Source of the DNA: a virus
Lineage: Duplodnaviria; Caudoviricetes
Length of the DNA stretch: 64,000 bases
IMG/VR virus record: IMGVR_UViG_3300028797_000093
Reading direction: 5' to 3' (one strand)
The translations under genes were made by a program, and so were the position numbers. Positions 31,025 to 41,506 of the stretch are shown piece by piece; position 1 is the stretch's first letter; each line of letters starts with the position of its first letter. The notes below the pieces were generated by a model. That model searched no databases. It was given only the letters and a program-made list of their open reading frames with translations, and was not told the origin of the DNA.

Positions 31025-32139
31025 GCTTTACCTCCTGCTTTGAAATTATATATAGGATGTAAGATATCTGTTACTTCTACAGTATCTTTGATGTTCTCTA
31101 ATACATAATCTAAACTTCTATATGCAAAAGGAGATTCATCAAGAGTAGAAGCATCTATAGAAGTACTATATACTCCCTCCATACACTTCTTAAAAGCAGA
31201 TACTGTGAACTGCTCTTTTGTTTCTTTTCTGCTATAAAGTCTACCAGCTCCATGAGGAGCAGAATAGTTCCAATCTTTATTTGCTTTACCTTTACCAAGT
31301 ATTACCCCATCTTTCATATTGATAGGAATAATAACTTTATCTGTATAATAAGCAGATATAGCACCTTTTCTAATAGTATATCTATTATGATATAGATCTA
31401 TATAGTTATGAGGACAAGAATATACATCATTAGAATCATATTTCCATTTCATATTACTGCATATCTCATCAATAATAGCATCTCTATTATATTTAGCATA
31501 AGTTCTAAGATAACAAACATCTGCTATATAATCATACATCAAATCTCCAGTGAGTGTAGTCATCTCATATGGAATACTAGGATCACATACTTTATGTCCT
31601 TCATTCATATAATAAGTAGCAACTTCTACACCAAGATGTCTACTACCAGAATGAACAACAAGATATACATCACCATCATTAGACTTATCCAACTCTATAA
31701 AGTGATTACCACCACCAAGAGTTCCAATAGACAGTCTAGCTTTATTCAAATCAATATGCTTACGACAACGTAATGAATCAAAATCAAAACAATCAGCATA
31801 TTTGTGTGCTGTAGACCTGATTTTGAATCCAGCAGGCACATTCTCTCTAATGACCTTATCCAGCTTATTGAAATCAATGCCTTTAGGGGCTTTTATTTTA
31901 ACATAAGATACACCACAACCAATATCTACACCTATCAATCCAGGTATAATAGAATCTTTAAAAGTAGCAGTAAATCCTATAGGACCAATCTTACCTGTAT
32001 GAATATCAGGCATTAATCTTATAGAAGATCCTTCAAATACAGGATTATCAACCAATAATTTAACTTGATTTACAGCTGTTTCTTCTACATCATCAGTAAA
32101 AATTTTAGCTATAGTATATTTACCAGCTATCTCTATCAT
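31021..32139 (-). CDS. rtcB: RtcB family RNA ligase
   Basis: MPDIH, GVDIGCG, GTLGGGNHFIE, HSGSR, HNY, RKGA, SAPHGAGR, DESPFAY; start at MIEIAG (32139) after GGAGG. Confidence 0.93.
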   Translation of the reverse strand: MIEIAGKYTIAKIFTDDVEETAVNQVKLLVDNPVFEGSSIRLMPDIHTGKIGPIGFTATFKDSIIPGLIGVDIGCGVSYVKIKAPKGIDFNKLDKVIRENVPAGFKIRSTAHKYADCFDFDSLRCRKHIDLNKARLSIGTLGGGNHFIELDKSNDGDVYLVVHSGSRHLGVEVATYYMNEGHKVCDPSIPYEMTTLTGDLMYDYIADVCYLRTYAKYNRDAIIDEICSNMKWKYDSNDVYSCPHNYIDLYHNRYTIRKGAISAYYTDKVIIPINMKDGVILGKGKANKDWNYSAPHGAGRLYSRKETKEQFTVSAFKKCMEGVYSTSIDASTLDESPFAYRSLDYVLENIKDTVEVTDILHPIYNFKAGGKA

Positions 32140-32246
32140 AATATAAACCTCCAAATATACTTACTAATATAATATATAACCATTTAATAGAATAAAAAAT
32201 AAATCGAGGGGTATTTAAACTAATACCCCTCTACTAATTATATTAT

Positions 32247-32804
32247 TTATTTGCCAAATTTATCAATATAGTATTTGGTTGCCATATCTATATTTTTTCC
32301 TGGATTTCTTATTTGCCACTCATGATTTGCAGCGGCTTTTAAATTATTTAGATTTTTATATCCATATTTTTCTTTATCATAGAATATTAAATTTATACTG
32401 GTATCTAATTTAGATTCATATATTGATACATTCTTTCCATTGATTATTTTACTATTTCTATCATATATAAAATTAAGAATTGTAGTTCTTAAAATAACAG
32501 AAACAGCAATAATACCATTTAAATATTGATCAGTTTCATCATTATATTCAATATGAGATACTTTTTCATTAGCAAGTGCATCAAATGGAATATCATAATC
32601 AGTAAAAAATCCTACAGATGTCCCATGTTTATCTGAACCTATTGCAAATTTAATTCTATAATTATGAGGGTAAGTTATTCTATTCGTTTCATTTGTAATA
32701 TCAATTCTTACTTTTTTATCTTGATCAAGTGTACCAATAGAAACTTCTAATAAAGGTTTCTGTTTAATTTTACTAATAATATCTTCAATTCTAAATACTG
32801 ACAT
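32247..32804 (-). CDS. Hypothetical protein, paralog family B
   Basis: Shares H.(Y/F)R.K...GT.V.F...YD.PF and IA.SV..R..IL.(F/Y)I with 34824..35402. Confidence 0.7.
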   Translation of the reverse strand: MSVFRIEDIISKIKQKPLLEVSIGTLDQDKKVRIDITNETNRITYPHNYRIKFAIGSDKHGTSVGFFTDYDIPFDALANEKVSHIEYNDETDQYLNGIIAVSVILRTTILNFIYDRNSKIINGKNVSIYESKLDTSINLIFYDKEKYGYKNLNNLKAAANHEWQIRNPGKNIDMATKYYIDKFGK

Positions 32805-32832
32805 TATTTTTTCCTCTTTTAATTTATTTTTT

Positions 32833-33336
32833 TTAATAGTTTTCTTTTAATAGAAATTCTTTATATGGGTATTTTTCTGACATTAACGAGGCTCTTCTTG
32901 GTTCTATTGTTTTATTATTGTATACTAGGTAATCAACATAGACATTTTCTATAACATCTCCTTTCATATGAATAGTCATTAGGGTGGAATTTGCGATTAG
33001 TTTTTTGTAGATTTCTATAGCCTCGTCTCTATCAGATATAAGTCCTAGATCAATTTCTTGGTCTAGGACTTTCATTTCACCAATTCTAGTAACAAATATA
33101 AATCCAGTAAATGATTTATCCTTTATAGAATAATCACTTATTTCTGTTCTAGATTTAAAATATTTAATTCCATCATTCCCACTATAATTCATAATATAAT
33201 GATACGGGAGTAATATTTCATAATTAAAATATGGAGATTTATATCCTGTTAATTTATATTCTCCATAATTAATTTCTCTTAAATTTATAATCTCTTTATT
33301 GTTTAAATATTCATTAAGAACATCTTCGAAACTCAC
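32833..33336 (-). CDS. Hypothetical protein, paralog family A
   Basis: YKLTGYKSPYFNYEILLP motif. Confidence 0.7.
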   Translation of the reverse strand: MSFEDVLNEYLNNKEIINLREINYGEYKLTGYKSPYFNYEILLPYHYIMNYSGNDGIKYFKSRTEISDYSIKDKSFTGFIFVTRIGEMKVLDQEIDLGLISDRDEAIEIYKKLIANSTLMTIHMKGDVIENVYVDYLVYNNKTIEPRRASLMSEKYPYKEFLLKENY

Positions 33337-33337
33337 T

Positions 33338-33841
33338 TCAATATTCCTCTCTAGCTATATTATAATAATCATCATATAATAAAGAAACAAAATCAGATGT
33401 TCCATAATCAAACATATTTTCTAATTCATCAAGATTAGAATACAACTGTGTGTAATATACATAAACATTATTTATTGAATGATCTTTATTAAATGAAATT
33501 ACAATAATAGATGATTTATTTACCCTATTTTTATACTCATCTAATATTTCTTCATCGTTATCAATCTCTTCAAAATCCCTTATATAGTGATCAAATCTAG
33601 ATTGGTTTAAATTGAAAACTATAATCTCATTACCAAATTTATCAGAGTTAATTAGATTATAATCTAAATCTTCATTGATATGAGAAAGCCCTAAATGCTC
33701 ATATCCACAATATATCATATAATAATTCTCAGGAAGAAGAATTTCATATTGAAATAATGGAGTTTTTATTCCTCTTAATATGAAATCTTTATATTCAATT
33801 ATTCTAGTAGACATTATTAAATACTCCTTTTGTTTATTCAC
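33338..33841 (-). CDS. Hypothetical protein, paralog family A
   Basis: ILRGIKTPLFQYEILLPENYYMIY motif; start may be the internal MSTRII. Confidence 0.7.
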   Translation of the reverse strand: MNKQKEYLIMSTRIIEYKDFILRGIKTPLFQYEILLPENYYMIYCGYEHLGLSHINEDLDYNLINSDKFGNEIIVFNLNQSRFDHYIRDFEEIDNDEEILDEYKNRVNKSSIIVISFNKDHSINNVYVYYTQLYSNLDELENMFDYGTSDFVSLLYDDYYNIAREEY

Positions 33842-33905
33842 TCATATTATATATAATTAATTTAAAAATAAATAGGGAGTATTTTCACACTCCCTAACAT
33901 ATCTA

Positions 33906-34808
33906 TCAATATTCTATTCTAGCTAGTCTATTCTCTTTAAGATCATCAGATCTATTTACATATATAAATTCACTATGGCAATTATCACCATTTGCATTCA
34001 TAATATATTCTGTAATAATATTAGTTATATATTTATTTTCTTCATCAAATTTAATATAAGTTATAAATCCAAATATACAAATGTGTTTATATAAAGATAG
34101 TGCATCTTCATCGCCATCAATATAATCCACATCAGTACAAACTATTGGAATAGATTTTGGATTTAAATTAATTATTGTGATTAACCCATTAAATCTTTCA
34201 GAGTTAATTATACTATTATCAATGCTACAACTTCTATATATATTTCCTTGATCTTCATATCCACCATAGATCATAACGTACTCTCCAGGTAGAAGAATTT
34301 CATAAGGAAACAATGGAGTTTTGATACCAGTTAATACATGATTATCATATATAAACTGTTTAATTTGCTTCGTATTATTATCTATTTCTAATAAAGATAC
34401 TGATTCCTCATATTTAAAACAACCAATATTATATTTAAAAGATTCTGGTGATATATACCTAAAATAAATATCAATATCAGAAATCTTTTTATTATCATTA
34501 AATTTTATGAGAATATACTCACAATCTCTAATGATTCTATAATACTTATCTGGATCTTTAGGATCTTCTTCTATTTGTTTAACTTCATGTATATTTAATG
34601 GATGAGAATCAAAATTAACAATTATTATTCTATCTTTTATATATTCTAATTTTAAATCATCGTTAAAACTTTCAATAAAATCTAAATCTGAATCAATTCC
34701 TATATATATTATTTTATATCTATTCGGAAGAATAAGCGAATAATCATATAGATCTGTTTTTAATTTGGTTAAAACATTACCATAATATTCAATTTTCTCT
34801 ATAGACAA
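33906..34808 (-). CDS. Hypothetical protein, two fused family A domains
   Basis: LTKLKTDLYDYSLILP and LTGIKTPLFPYEILLP. Confidence 0.7.
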   Translation of the reverse strand: MSIEKIEYYGNVLTKLKTDLYDYSLILPNRYKIIYIGIDSDLDFIESFNDDLKLEYIKDRIIIVNFDSHPLNIHEVKQIEEDPKDPDKYYRIIRDCEYILIKFNDNKKISDIDIYFRYISPESFKYNIGCFKYEESVSLLEIDNNTKQIKQFIYDNHVLTGIKTPLFPYEILLPGEYVMIYGGYEDQGNIYRSCSIDNSIINSERFNGLITIINLNPKSIPIVCTDVDYIDGDEDALSLYKHICIFGFITYIKFDEENKYITNIITEYIMNANGDNCHSEFIYVNRSDDLKENRLARIEY

Positions 34809-34823
34809 ATACCATCATCCTTT

Positions 34824-35402
34824 TTAATAAGTATTACCTTTATATGAAACAGTTCTAATATCTATACCTTTATTCCTTGCTTTCCACCAAGGATCTAAAA
34901 TTTTTTGTATTTCATCATCATCTGCATTTTCAATACTTTTTAAAGTTCCACCTAATTTATTAAATAGATCAGTAATAGCACTTGCGCAGAAAAATCTATT
35001 TGAATATTCTGTTGTACCACTAGAATTAATATACATCAATATTTCACTTCTAGCATAAACAGAAATAGCAATAGCAAAATATAAATAATTTTTTGTTGAT
35101 GGATAAGTTCCAGATGCTATATCATCATTTTCAATTGATTTCTTAATGACAGAAAACGGTAAATCATAATTTTCCATAAACTCTACAAAAGTTCCTAAAG
35201 TAGTATCACCTTTTAATATTTTTACTCTAAAATCGTGTTTATATTTTTGCAATTCTGACCTTGTTGGAATATGTATTCTAATATATTCAGTAGCTTTTTT
35301 ACTATCTTTTAAATCGACTATTCTACCTTCTGTTAGTATTACATCTCCATTTTCATCAATGTTTTGATTAATTAATTTTATTGGCTCTTTAGGATAAATC
35401 AT
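34824..35402 (-). CDS. Hypothetical protein, paralog family B
   Basis: Paralog of 32247..32804. Confidence 0.7.
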   Translation of the reverse strand: MIYPKEPIKLINQNIDENGDVILTEGRIVDLKDSKKATEYIRIHIPTRSELQKYKHDFRVKILKGDTTLGTFVEFMENYDLPFSVIKKSIENDDIASGTYPSTKNYLYFAIAISVYARSEILMYINSSGTTEYSNRFFCASAITDLFNKLGGTLKSIENADDDEIQKILDPWWKARNKGIDIRTVSYKGNTY

Positions 35403-35433
35403 TTTATTTTCCTTCCTTTACTTTAATATCTTT

Positions 35434-35916
35434 TTAATAATATTCTTTACACAAAAATCTGTTACGTTCTTCTGTATAAGCATCATCAATCAACATATCC
35501 CAAGACGTTCCTCCATCATAAAAATCACCATCACCTCCTACAATATATTCGATTGATGTGTTTTCTATATATCTATTTTCATTAAAATAGATATATATAA
35601 TACTAGAACAACGTGTTATCTTTTTTAATATATTAATACAGTTGTCCTGGGATTCCATATCAGGGAAAATACTTATATTTGGTGTATTATCATGTATAAT
35701 TATAGGATTCATATTGATTACACCAATAGTATTTTCAAATTTATCATTACTGATTAAACTATAATTAAAATCAGTATTGATACTTTGTGGTCCTAAAAAT
35801 TCTAATCCTTTATAAATCATATAATAATTCTCAGGTAAAAGAATCTCATAAGGAAAAAGATGTGACTTTAATCCTGTGAGTATATATCCTTCATAATTTA
35901 TCTTTCTAATTGGCAT
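35434..35916 (-). CDS. Hypothetical protein, paralog family A
   Basis: ILTGLKSHLFPYEILLPENYYMIY motif. Confidence 0.7.
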   Translation of the reverse strand: MPIRKINYEGYILTGLKSHLFPYEILLPENYYMIYKGLEFLGPQSINTDFNYSLISNDKFENTIGVINMNPIIIHDNTPNISIFPDMESQDNCINILKKITRCSSIIYIYFNENRYIENTSIEYIVGGDGDFYDGGTSWDMLIDDAYTEERNRFLCKEYY

Positions 35917-36358
35917 TTTCTTTTTCCTTTCTATGTAAGAAATCTTTTCCTATATATTTATCGTCAGGGTTTATAATAAACTCTACACATGTATATTGAT
36001 CTATTAAATAATATATAGATATTTTTTCTATATATTTATTTTTATTAAAATGAAGTGTTATCATGATAGAAGAATCTATTAATTTCATATACTCTTCTTC
36101 ATTAAATTCATCTATATTAATTTCTTTTCCAAATATTTTAAAATCACCAATTCTATGAACCATCATATCTCCAGTGAATTCTTTTTCATCATTAATCTCT
36201 TCTAAATAAATATCTGTTCTTGTTTTGAAATCTATATTTCCTGTAAAACTGCTATATGTAACAAAATAATTTCCAGGTAAAATTATTTCATATGGATAAA
36301 GATTAGTTGATAAAATTGTATATTCTGTTCCATTATAATATAATCTTTTAAGAGACAT
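35906..36358 (-). CDS. Hypothetical protein, paralog family A
   Basis: LYPYEIILPGNY motif; FTG...V.RIG..K....EI shared with 32833..33336. Confidence 0.7.
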   Translation of the reverse strand: MSLKRLYYNGTEYTILSTNLYPYEIILPGNYFVTYSSFTGNIDFKTRTDIYLEEINDEKEFTGDMMVHRIGDFKIFGKEINIDEFNEEEYMKLIDSSIMITLHFNKNKYIEKISIYYLIDQYTCVEFIINPDDKYIGKDFLHRKEKENAN

Positions 36359-36462
36359 AATATATTCCTTTCTTATTTAATAAACATGATATGATATATT
36401 TATATTATATAATTGATAATAAAAATAATGGGTATAGTCATATAAGACTATACCCATATATT

Positions 36463-37971
36463 TTACAGCATATTCTTTATAGAATCAAATATACGGAGAT
36501 CATCTTGAGTATAATTAGATCTAGATAGTTGTAGAAGAGTATTTACATTAATAAGAGTATCTCTCTGTTGACTATAATCATTAGAGAAATATCCATCATT
36601 CTTAGAGATATACATATTACGTGGGTTAAATACAGTCTCAGAGATATTAAGAAAATCTTGATTAATGATATAAAGAATATTAAGAGTATCACCATCAAAA
36701 TCTGCTCCAAGTCCTTTAATAACTTGAAGAGATATATTCATAGTATACCCTGTAGATATTCCAATACAATAACACTGTAGAATACCACCATAAGATATGG
36801 TAGGATTTCTATTGATAATAATAGGAATCCCTCTTGGAGAATCTTTGATAATTCCAAGAATAATATTTCTTACTAGAGGATTCTCTTGTACAAGAGAATC
36901 TGTTACTAGCATCTTATAAGCATCATCATATCCAATAGAATATGTCTTATGAAGGATATTGATAATAACTTGTTGCAGAAGTCCTACAAGAGATTGATAG
37001 GATAGTCTAATCTCATCAATCTTTAAATCAGGACCAGGAGTAATAACACTTCTAGAAGTAAAGTTAAATCTACCACCAAATACAGATCTAACTGTACCTT
37101 TCTTACCAGATATAATCTTTACAATCTCATCATAGAGTTCATTATACTTAGACTGTAGATTATAAAGCAGTTCATTCTTGGGCTTCTTCTTTCTGAAGAT
37201 CTTAAGAGAGTCTTGATTTATATTAGCTGCTAGTCTAGCCATAATATTATAAAGAGCATTAGTACCCTCATAGTTCAAATTACGACCATCAATCTTAAAT
37301 GGCCTCAAATGAGTAGTATATACAGGAATAGATTGAATGAAGATATTATCCCTATTAGCAATAATATCATCATAATAATCTCTCTTAGTGTTATAATATC
37401 TACTCTTATAATACTCTAATATTTCATCAAACTTATCATAGAAGTCTAACATTCCTAAACCATAATAAGGCTCATCTTTAGGCTTCTTTATATTCTCAAT
37501 TTCCAGTCCGTCTTCATCTTTCTTATTAACTGGATTGATAATATTATTGAAAGCAGTACTACCAATGAAGTATGATAGTGTCTTAAACAAATTAGGATGA
37601 ATAATATGATAAGGATCTTTTAAAGTAATATAACCAAAATATCCGAACTGATCGTCTACATAACGTACAGGTTCTCCACATTTGGGACACACTATACCAT
37701 TATACAATTTAGAATCATAAAATCCACATTTACACTTATATCTATTAGCAAATGGGTTAATATCCTGAAGAGTCTGTCCGAATCTAGAGGAATAAATACC
37801 ATTAGGATCTTTAATATCATCTTTTACAGCTTTAGGACTAGATACAATAAATCCATTCCCTGTAGCAAGATCGTGTTCTCTTTCTTTATCTAAATTAAGT
37901 CTTACAAGTTTAGTTTCAAAATCATAATTAGGATCATTAGGATAATGTAGAGATACATTCAATTCGGCCAT
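36463..37971 (-). CDS. rpoC: Phage multisubunit RNA polymerase beta' subunit, N-terminal/catalytic part (split subunit)
   Basis: GIYSSRFG, Zn finger CKCG...CPKCG, FGYI, KKGTVR...GGRFNFTSRSVI, NRNPTI, catalytic GADFDGD; only ~500 aa; start at MAELNV (37971) after GGAGG. Confidence 0.88.
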   Translation of the reverse strand: MAELNVSLHYPNDPNYDFETKLVRLNLDKEREHDLATGNGFIVSSPKAVKDDIKDPNGIYSSRFGQTLQDINPFANRYKCKCGFYDSKLYNGIVCPKCGEPVRYVDDQFGYFGYITLKDPYHIIHPNLFKTLSYFIGSTAFNNIINPVNKKDEDGLEIENIKKPKDEPYYGLGMLDFYDKFDEILEYYKSRYYNTKRDYYDDIIANRDNIFIQSIPVYTTHLRPFKIDGRNLNYEGTNALYNIMARLAANINQDSLKIFRKKKPKNELLYNLQSKYNELYDEIVKIISGKKGTVRSVFGGRFNFTSRSVITPGPDLKIDEIRLSYQSLVGLLQQVIINILHKTYSIGYDDAYKMLVTDSLVQENPLVRNIILGIIKDSPRGIPIIINRNPTISYGGILQCYCIGISTGYTMNISLQVIKGLGADFDGDTLNILYIINQDFLNISETVFNPRNMYISKNDGYFSNDYSQQRDTLINVNTLLQLSRSNYTQDDLRIFDSIKNML

Positions 37972-38125
37972 AAAAACATATACCTCCAACTTCTATTTAA
38001 GATATAATATGTGTTTAATTATCTGTTTAAATTGAATTAGAATACTAAAAATAAACCACGTAGAGCAGATAATAAACTCTCTATTATGATCAAGAATATA
38101 AACCACTCTACGTGGTTATTATATC

Positions 38126-38494
38126 TTAGAAGCTCTGGACTTCCAGCCCAGGCTTCTTACTCTTGATCATTGTTTCAACCTCATTAACCAAAGAATGTAC
38201 TTTAGAGATAGTTTGAGTCTCTTTGGCAAACTCAAGAACTTCGATCAGTCCATCTCCGATATCAATAATCTTCTCAGGAATTCTAGTATATTCAGGAACC
38301 TCGTTATTAGCAATTTTATTATGAGTAAACTCAAGCAGCTTATTATGATTACTCTTATCATATTCATTACACAGTTTGATAAGACCTCTACGAGAGAAAG
38401 AATTATAAGCAGATACTTTCTCAGCTGAGGTTAGTCTTTTTTCACTTTCCATAATATGAACCTCCTGAAAATATAATAGATACATAAGTATCAA
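38126..38494 (-). CDS. Hypothetical protein
   Basis: ORF; real start probably the internal MESEKR after a GGAGG RBS. Confidence 0.6.
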   Translation of the reverse strand: MILMYLLYFQEVHIMESEKRLTSAEKVSAYNSFSRRGLIKLCNEYDKSNHNKLLEFTHNKIANNEVPEYTRIPEKIIDIGDGLIEVLEFAKETQTISKVHSLVNEVETMIKSKKPGLEVQSF

Positions 38495-38517
38495 TATAAT
38501 ATTATATTATTGATTAA

Positions 38518-38828
38518 AAGTTTAAATGATAAGGCGGCGCCATAGATCCAGCCGGTAGCACCAGAGTAGTAGTAGAGATAAACACAGAAAACGCCGCAAG
38601 TGAGCCCAGAGGCAGAATAACCACCACGACGAGCATAATGAGTACCACTACTTTGAGAAAAATAATTATTATTAATTTAAATGATAGGGCGGCGCCATTG
38701 ACCCAGCTGGTATTACCAGAGTAGAAGAGAGTAACACAGAAAGTACCACAAGCAATACTAATGTTCGAGGCACCACCACGAAGAGCATAATGAGTACCAC
38801 TACTTTGAGCAAAATAATCACAATAAAA
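38518..38828 (-). repeat. Array 2: two DGR variable-region-like cassettes
   Basis: Translate to FYCDYFAQSSGTHYALRGGASNISIACGTFCVTLFYSGNTSWVNGAALSFK and NYFSQSSGTHYARRGGYSASGLTCGVFCVYLYYYSGATGWIYGAALSFKL. Confidence 0.9.
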
Positions 38829-38829
38829 G

Positions 38830-38857
38830 AAGAGATAGGAAATTAATCCTATCTCTT
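38830..38857 (-). terminator. Terminator abutting cassette array 2
   Basis: aagagatagga-aattaa-tcctatctctt stem-loop then CTTTTATT on the minus strand. Confidence 0.8.
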
Positions 38858-38864
38858 AATATTT

Positions 38865-40070
38865 TTAATATCTATTAGGAACAATGTCAGGATAGTTTAC
38901 AAAGACTCCATATTGTTTTCCCTTATAGACAGTAGTCTTGAGCAAATCATCTCTTAGATCTTTGTATTTATCCAGTAGCTTACTCCATTTCTTGAAGTCA
39001 TCAGGACTAATCTTTTCTGTATTGATATAATCATCAATAATAGATACTCTAGTATTGATCTTTCTCATCAGATAGATAGCATCGTCTTCTTCTTCTACAT
39101 TTTTACATCTCATAGCAATCTCGAAGTAATCTTCATCAAATTGCTTCATAGTATTATACTTAAATTTATGAAGAGTACCTTCATTTACAGGAATGATTCT
39201 TACATGTTCTAGTCCTCTAATAAGAGATTTCATATAATTCTGCTCAAGAACACTAGCAGATAGATCAATAGCTTTTTTAAGAGTCTTAATAGCCATGATC
39301 TTACGAGTAGATAGACTACTAAGAATTCTTAGAGTCCATAGCATTGTAGCAAACGGATTATCTACATCTTCATGTAGCCTAAAGTTATTCTTAGCAATCT
39401 TAGAGATAAGATTCTCAAGCTGATCATCAAGATCTGCATAATGAATAAACTCATCTGCTGTAAACTTATCTCCACTATTAGTGAATAGAGAACTATGCTT
39501 AGAGATATATTCTGCTACAGCAAAAGCCATAAAGTCAATAGCATCTTTATCCTTAAGATTTGCAATTACCTGATCATTAGCAGCACAGTAAGCATCTACC
39601 TGAACTCTTAGATCATCTACAGGAGCAGAGCTATTTACTACATGACCAACCTCATATAGAATAACTGCCATCATTTCATTAGCAGTCATTCCAACAAGAG
39701 GACTGAACATCTTACTATCAAACTCTACATCTACAGTCTTAATTCTTACAGGTTTTTCTTCGAATAGAATATCATCAAGAAGATATCTATCCATAAACTT
39801 GTGAGAAGGCATAACCTTAACACCAAAGAACATCTTATCAGTATTCTCAGTTACAATGAAATTCTCACAACTACTATCAGGACCAAATGTCATATCTTGA
39901 GTAGTATGATAATCAAATACAGAATTGATAGCATCCTGCATTTCTTTTCTCTCTTTCATAGAGACTTTTCCTTGTTTCTCTACATAGAGAGCACAACTAT
40001 CACGAAGCCTAGAGAAGTCATTAGAGATTCTCTTAGGAATAAATCCGCCTCTCAATTCTTCTTTATCCAT
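38865..40070 (-). CDS. Probable head-associated protein with degenerate zincin-like motif
   Basis: EMMAVILYEVGHVV (HExxH with first His replaced by Tyr) and downstream ADEF; late motif at 40118-40129. Confidence 0.55.
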   Translation of the reverse strand: MDKEELRGGFIPKRISNDFSRLRDSCALYVEKQGKVSMKERKEMQDAINSVFDYHTTQDMTFGPDSSCENFIVTENTDKMFFGVKVMPSHKFMDRYLLDDILFEEKPVRIKTVDVEFDSKMFSPLVGMTANEMMAVILYEVGHVVNSSAPVDDLRVQVDAYCAANDQVIANLKDKDAIDFMAFAVAEYISKHSSLFTNSGDKFTADEFIHYADLDDQLENLISKIAKNNFRLHEDVDNPFATMLWTLRILSSLSTRKIMAIKTLKKAIDLSASVLEQNYMKSLIRGLEHVRIIPVNEGTLHKFKYNTMKQFDEDYFEIAMRCKNVEEEDDAIYLMRKINTRVSIIDDYINTEKISPDDFKKWSKLLDKYKDLRDDLLKTTVYKGKQYGVFVNYPDIVPNRY

Positions 40071-40196
40071 AATATATCTTAATCCTCCTGGAAAAAATAA
40101 TATTTGGGTATTCTATTTAATTAATTGTTGATTCAATTAGATCCTCTTATAAAAAATAGTAGGTGAATCTGAGTAATTCACCTACTATTATATACA

Positions 40197-41381
40197 TTAC
40201 ATAAGTTGATCAAGAAGCTTTACAGTGGAAAATCCACTAGCTCCAGCATGTCCTCCACCACCAAAATCTTTGGCAATGACAGATGCATCATATCCTTGCT
40301 CAAGATACTTCTTATGACAATAGATAGAATACTTCCACACATCTCCATCAAAGTGATAAAGAAGACAGAAAGGATAATCTTCAAACTTATCTCCAAATAC
40401 GAAACTATTACCTCTACCATTTACACACAATACGTCAACCATACCATGTTCTTCATCATAGAAGAACCTTCTTACAAAACTATATTTGGTAGAGATCTCT
40501 TCATTTTGAAGATCAATATATCTCTTAATTATATCACCAGCATCAAGAATATCAAGATATTTACCTTCTCTATTATTATGATAATCTCTCATAAGATCAG
40601 TATAAATACTATTATTAAACATTTCAAGACCATAATGGAATGGAAGAGTATCTACATACTCATGCTTCCAAATATCATAGTCATCAATAAGCTTAATATA
40701 CATAGGAGGTTCTATATCATCATATGTATAATTATAAAATATTCTATTATATTTAGATTTATTATAAGTCTCTGTATATACATCAACTGTTCTTCTAGCA
40801 GCCTCTTCAACAGTATATGTATCTAAAGAGTTTCTGAATAGATTAAAGATCTCTTTGATCCTCTCTTCAGTAATATCTATATCATGTATTGGTTTACCAT
40901 TGTCTCTATTATCAAGAATCAATCCATCCATATAAATAGAAAAGAATCTATTCATATACCATGAAGTCATAGAAGATGAAGTTCCATCTACAAGAATAGG
41001 AATAATCTTATAATGCATATCTTCTACTGGTTGTTTCTTATACCACATAGAAGTTTTATGATGATCAGTCCATACTACAAGTCTAGACTTCTCAGCAATT
41101 TTATATAGAATATCAATAGTATCTTCAGTAAAAGAATAGTCTGTAATAAAGACTATTCTATTCTCAGGAATTTTATCAAATGGAAACTCTAAAGGATAGT
41201 TTAAGTTAAGGAATAGATCAGGATCATCGAGAAACTCGATAGCCATTCTCTTATCACTTTCAATATAATGATTTCCAAGACAATCAATACCAATAACAGC
41301 ATCAAACATATTTACCATAGAAGCATATCCATCAGCATCAATATGACTGATGAAAAATACATCATTTAGTCCAATTCTCAT
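40197..41381 (-). CDS. DHH family phosphoesterase (DHH + DHHA1)
   Basis: SHIDADG, TDYS, TDHH, DDYDIW, GGGGHAGASGF. Confidence 0.9.
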   Translation of the reverse strand: MRIGLNDVFFISHIDADGYASMVNMFDAVIGIDCLGNHYIESDKRMAIEFLDDPDLFLNLNYPLEFPFDKIPENRIVFITDYSFTEDTIDILYKIAEKSRLVVWTDHHKTSMWYKKQPVEDMHYKIIPILVDGTSSSMTSWYMNRFFSIYMDGLILDNRDNGKPIHDIDITEERIKEIFNLFRNSLDTYTVEEAARRTVDVYTETYNKSKYNRIFYNYTYDDIEPPMYIKLIDDYDIWKHEYVDTLPFHYGLEMFNNSIYTDLMRDYHNNREGKYLDILDAGDIIKRYIDLQNEEISTKYSFVRRFFYDEEHGMVDVLCVNGRGNSFVFGDKFEDYPFCLLYHFDGDVWKYSIYCHKKYLEQGYDASVIAKDFGGGGHAGASGFSTVKLLDQLM

Positions 41382-41420
41382 TAATTTCCCTCCTTTTTAG
41401 TAGTTTACTGTGTAAATAGA

Positions 41421-41497
41421 CACAAAATGCCTTTTAAACGCATTTCATGCAAAAATGGCTTCCCAAGTTAATTCAATTGAATGCTCTCAGGAAGGGG
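41421..41497. promoter_or_regulatory. Dispersed palindromic intergenic element, copy 2
   Basis: cacaaaa...atttca...attcaattgaat-nnn-ctcag.aag.gg with the same spacing as 7386-7462. Confidence 0.45.
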
Positions 41498-41506
41498 TAT
41501 ATCAAT

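Noticed and set aside
36463-37989. Truncated bacterial rpoC pseudogene
   Set aside because: Intact frame with RBS, catalytic DFDGD and its own terminator; split beta' subunits are normal in phiKZ/AR9-like phages. Virion versus non-virion type could not be decided.
38054-38117. 12-bp inverted repeat with a 40-nt loop as a mini mobile element or ncRNA
   Set aside because: Sits right after a stop codon with a T-tract, so more simply a long-loop terminator; no second copy or target duplication seen.
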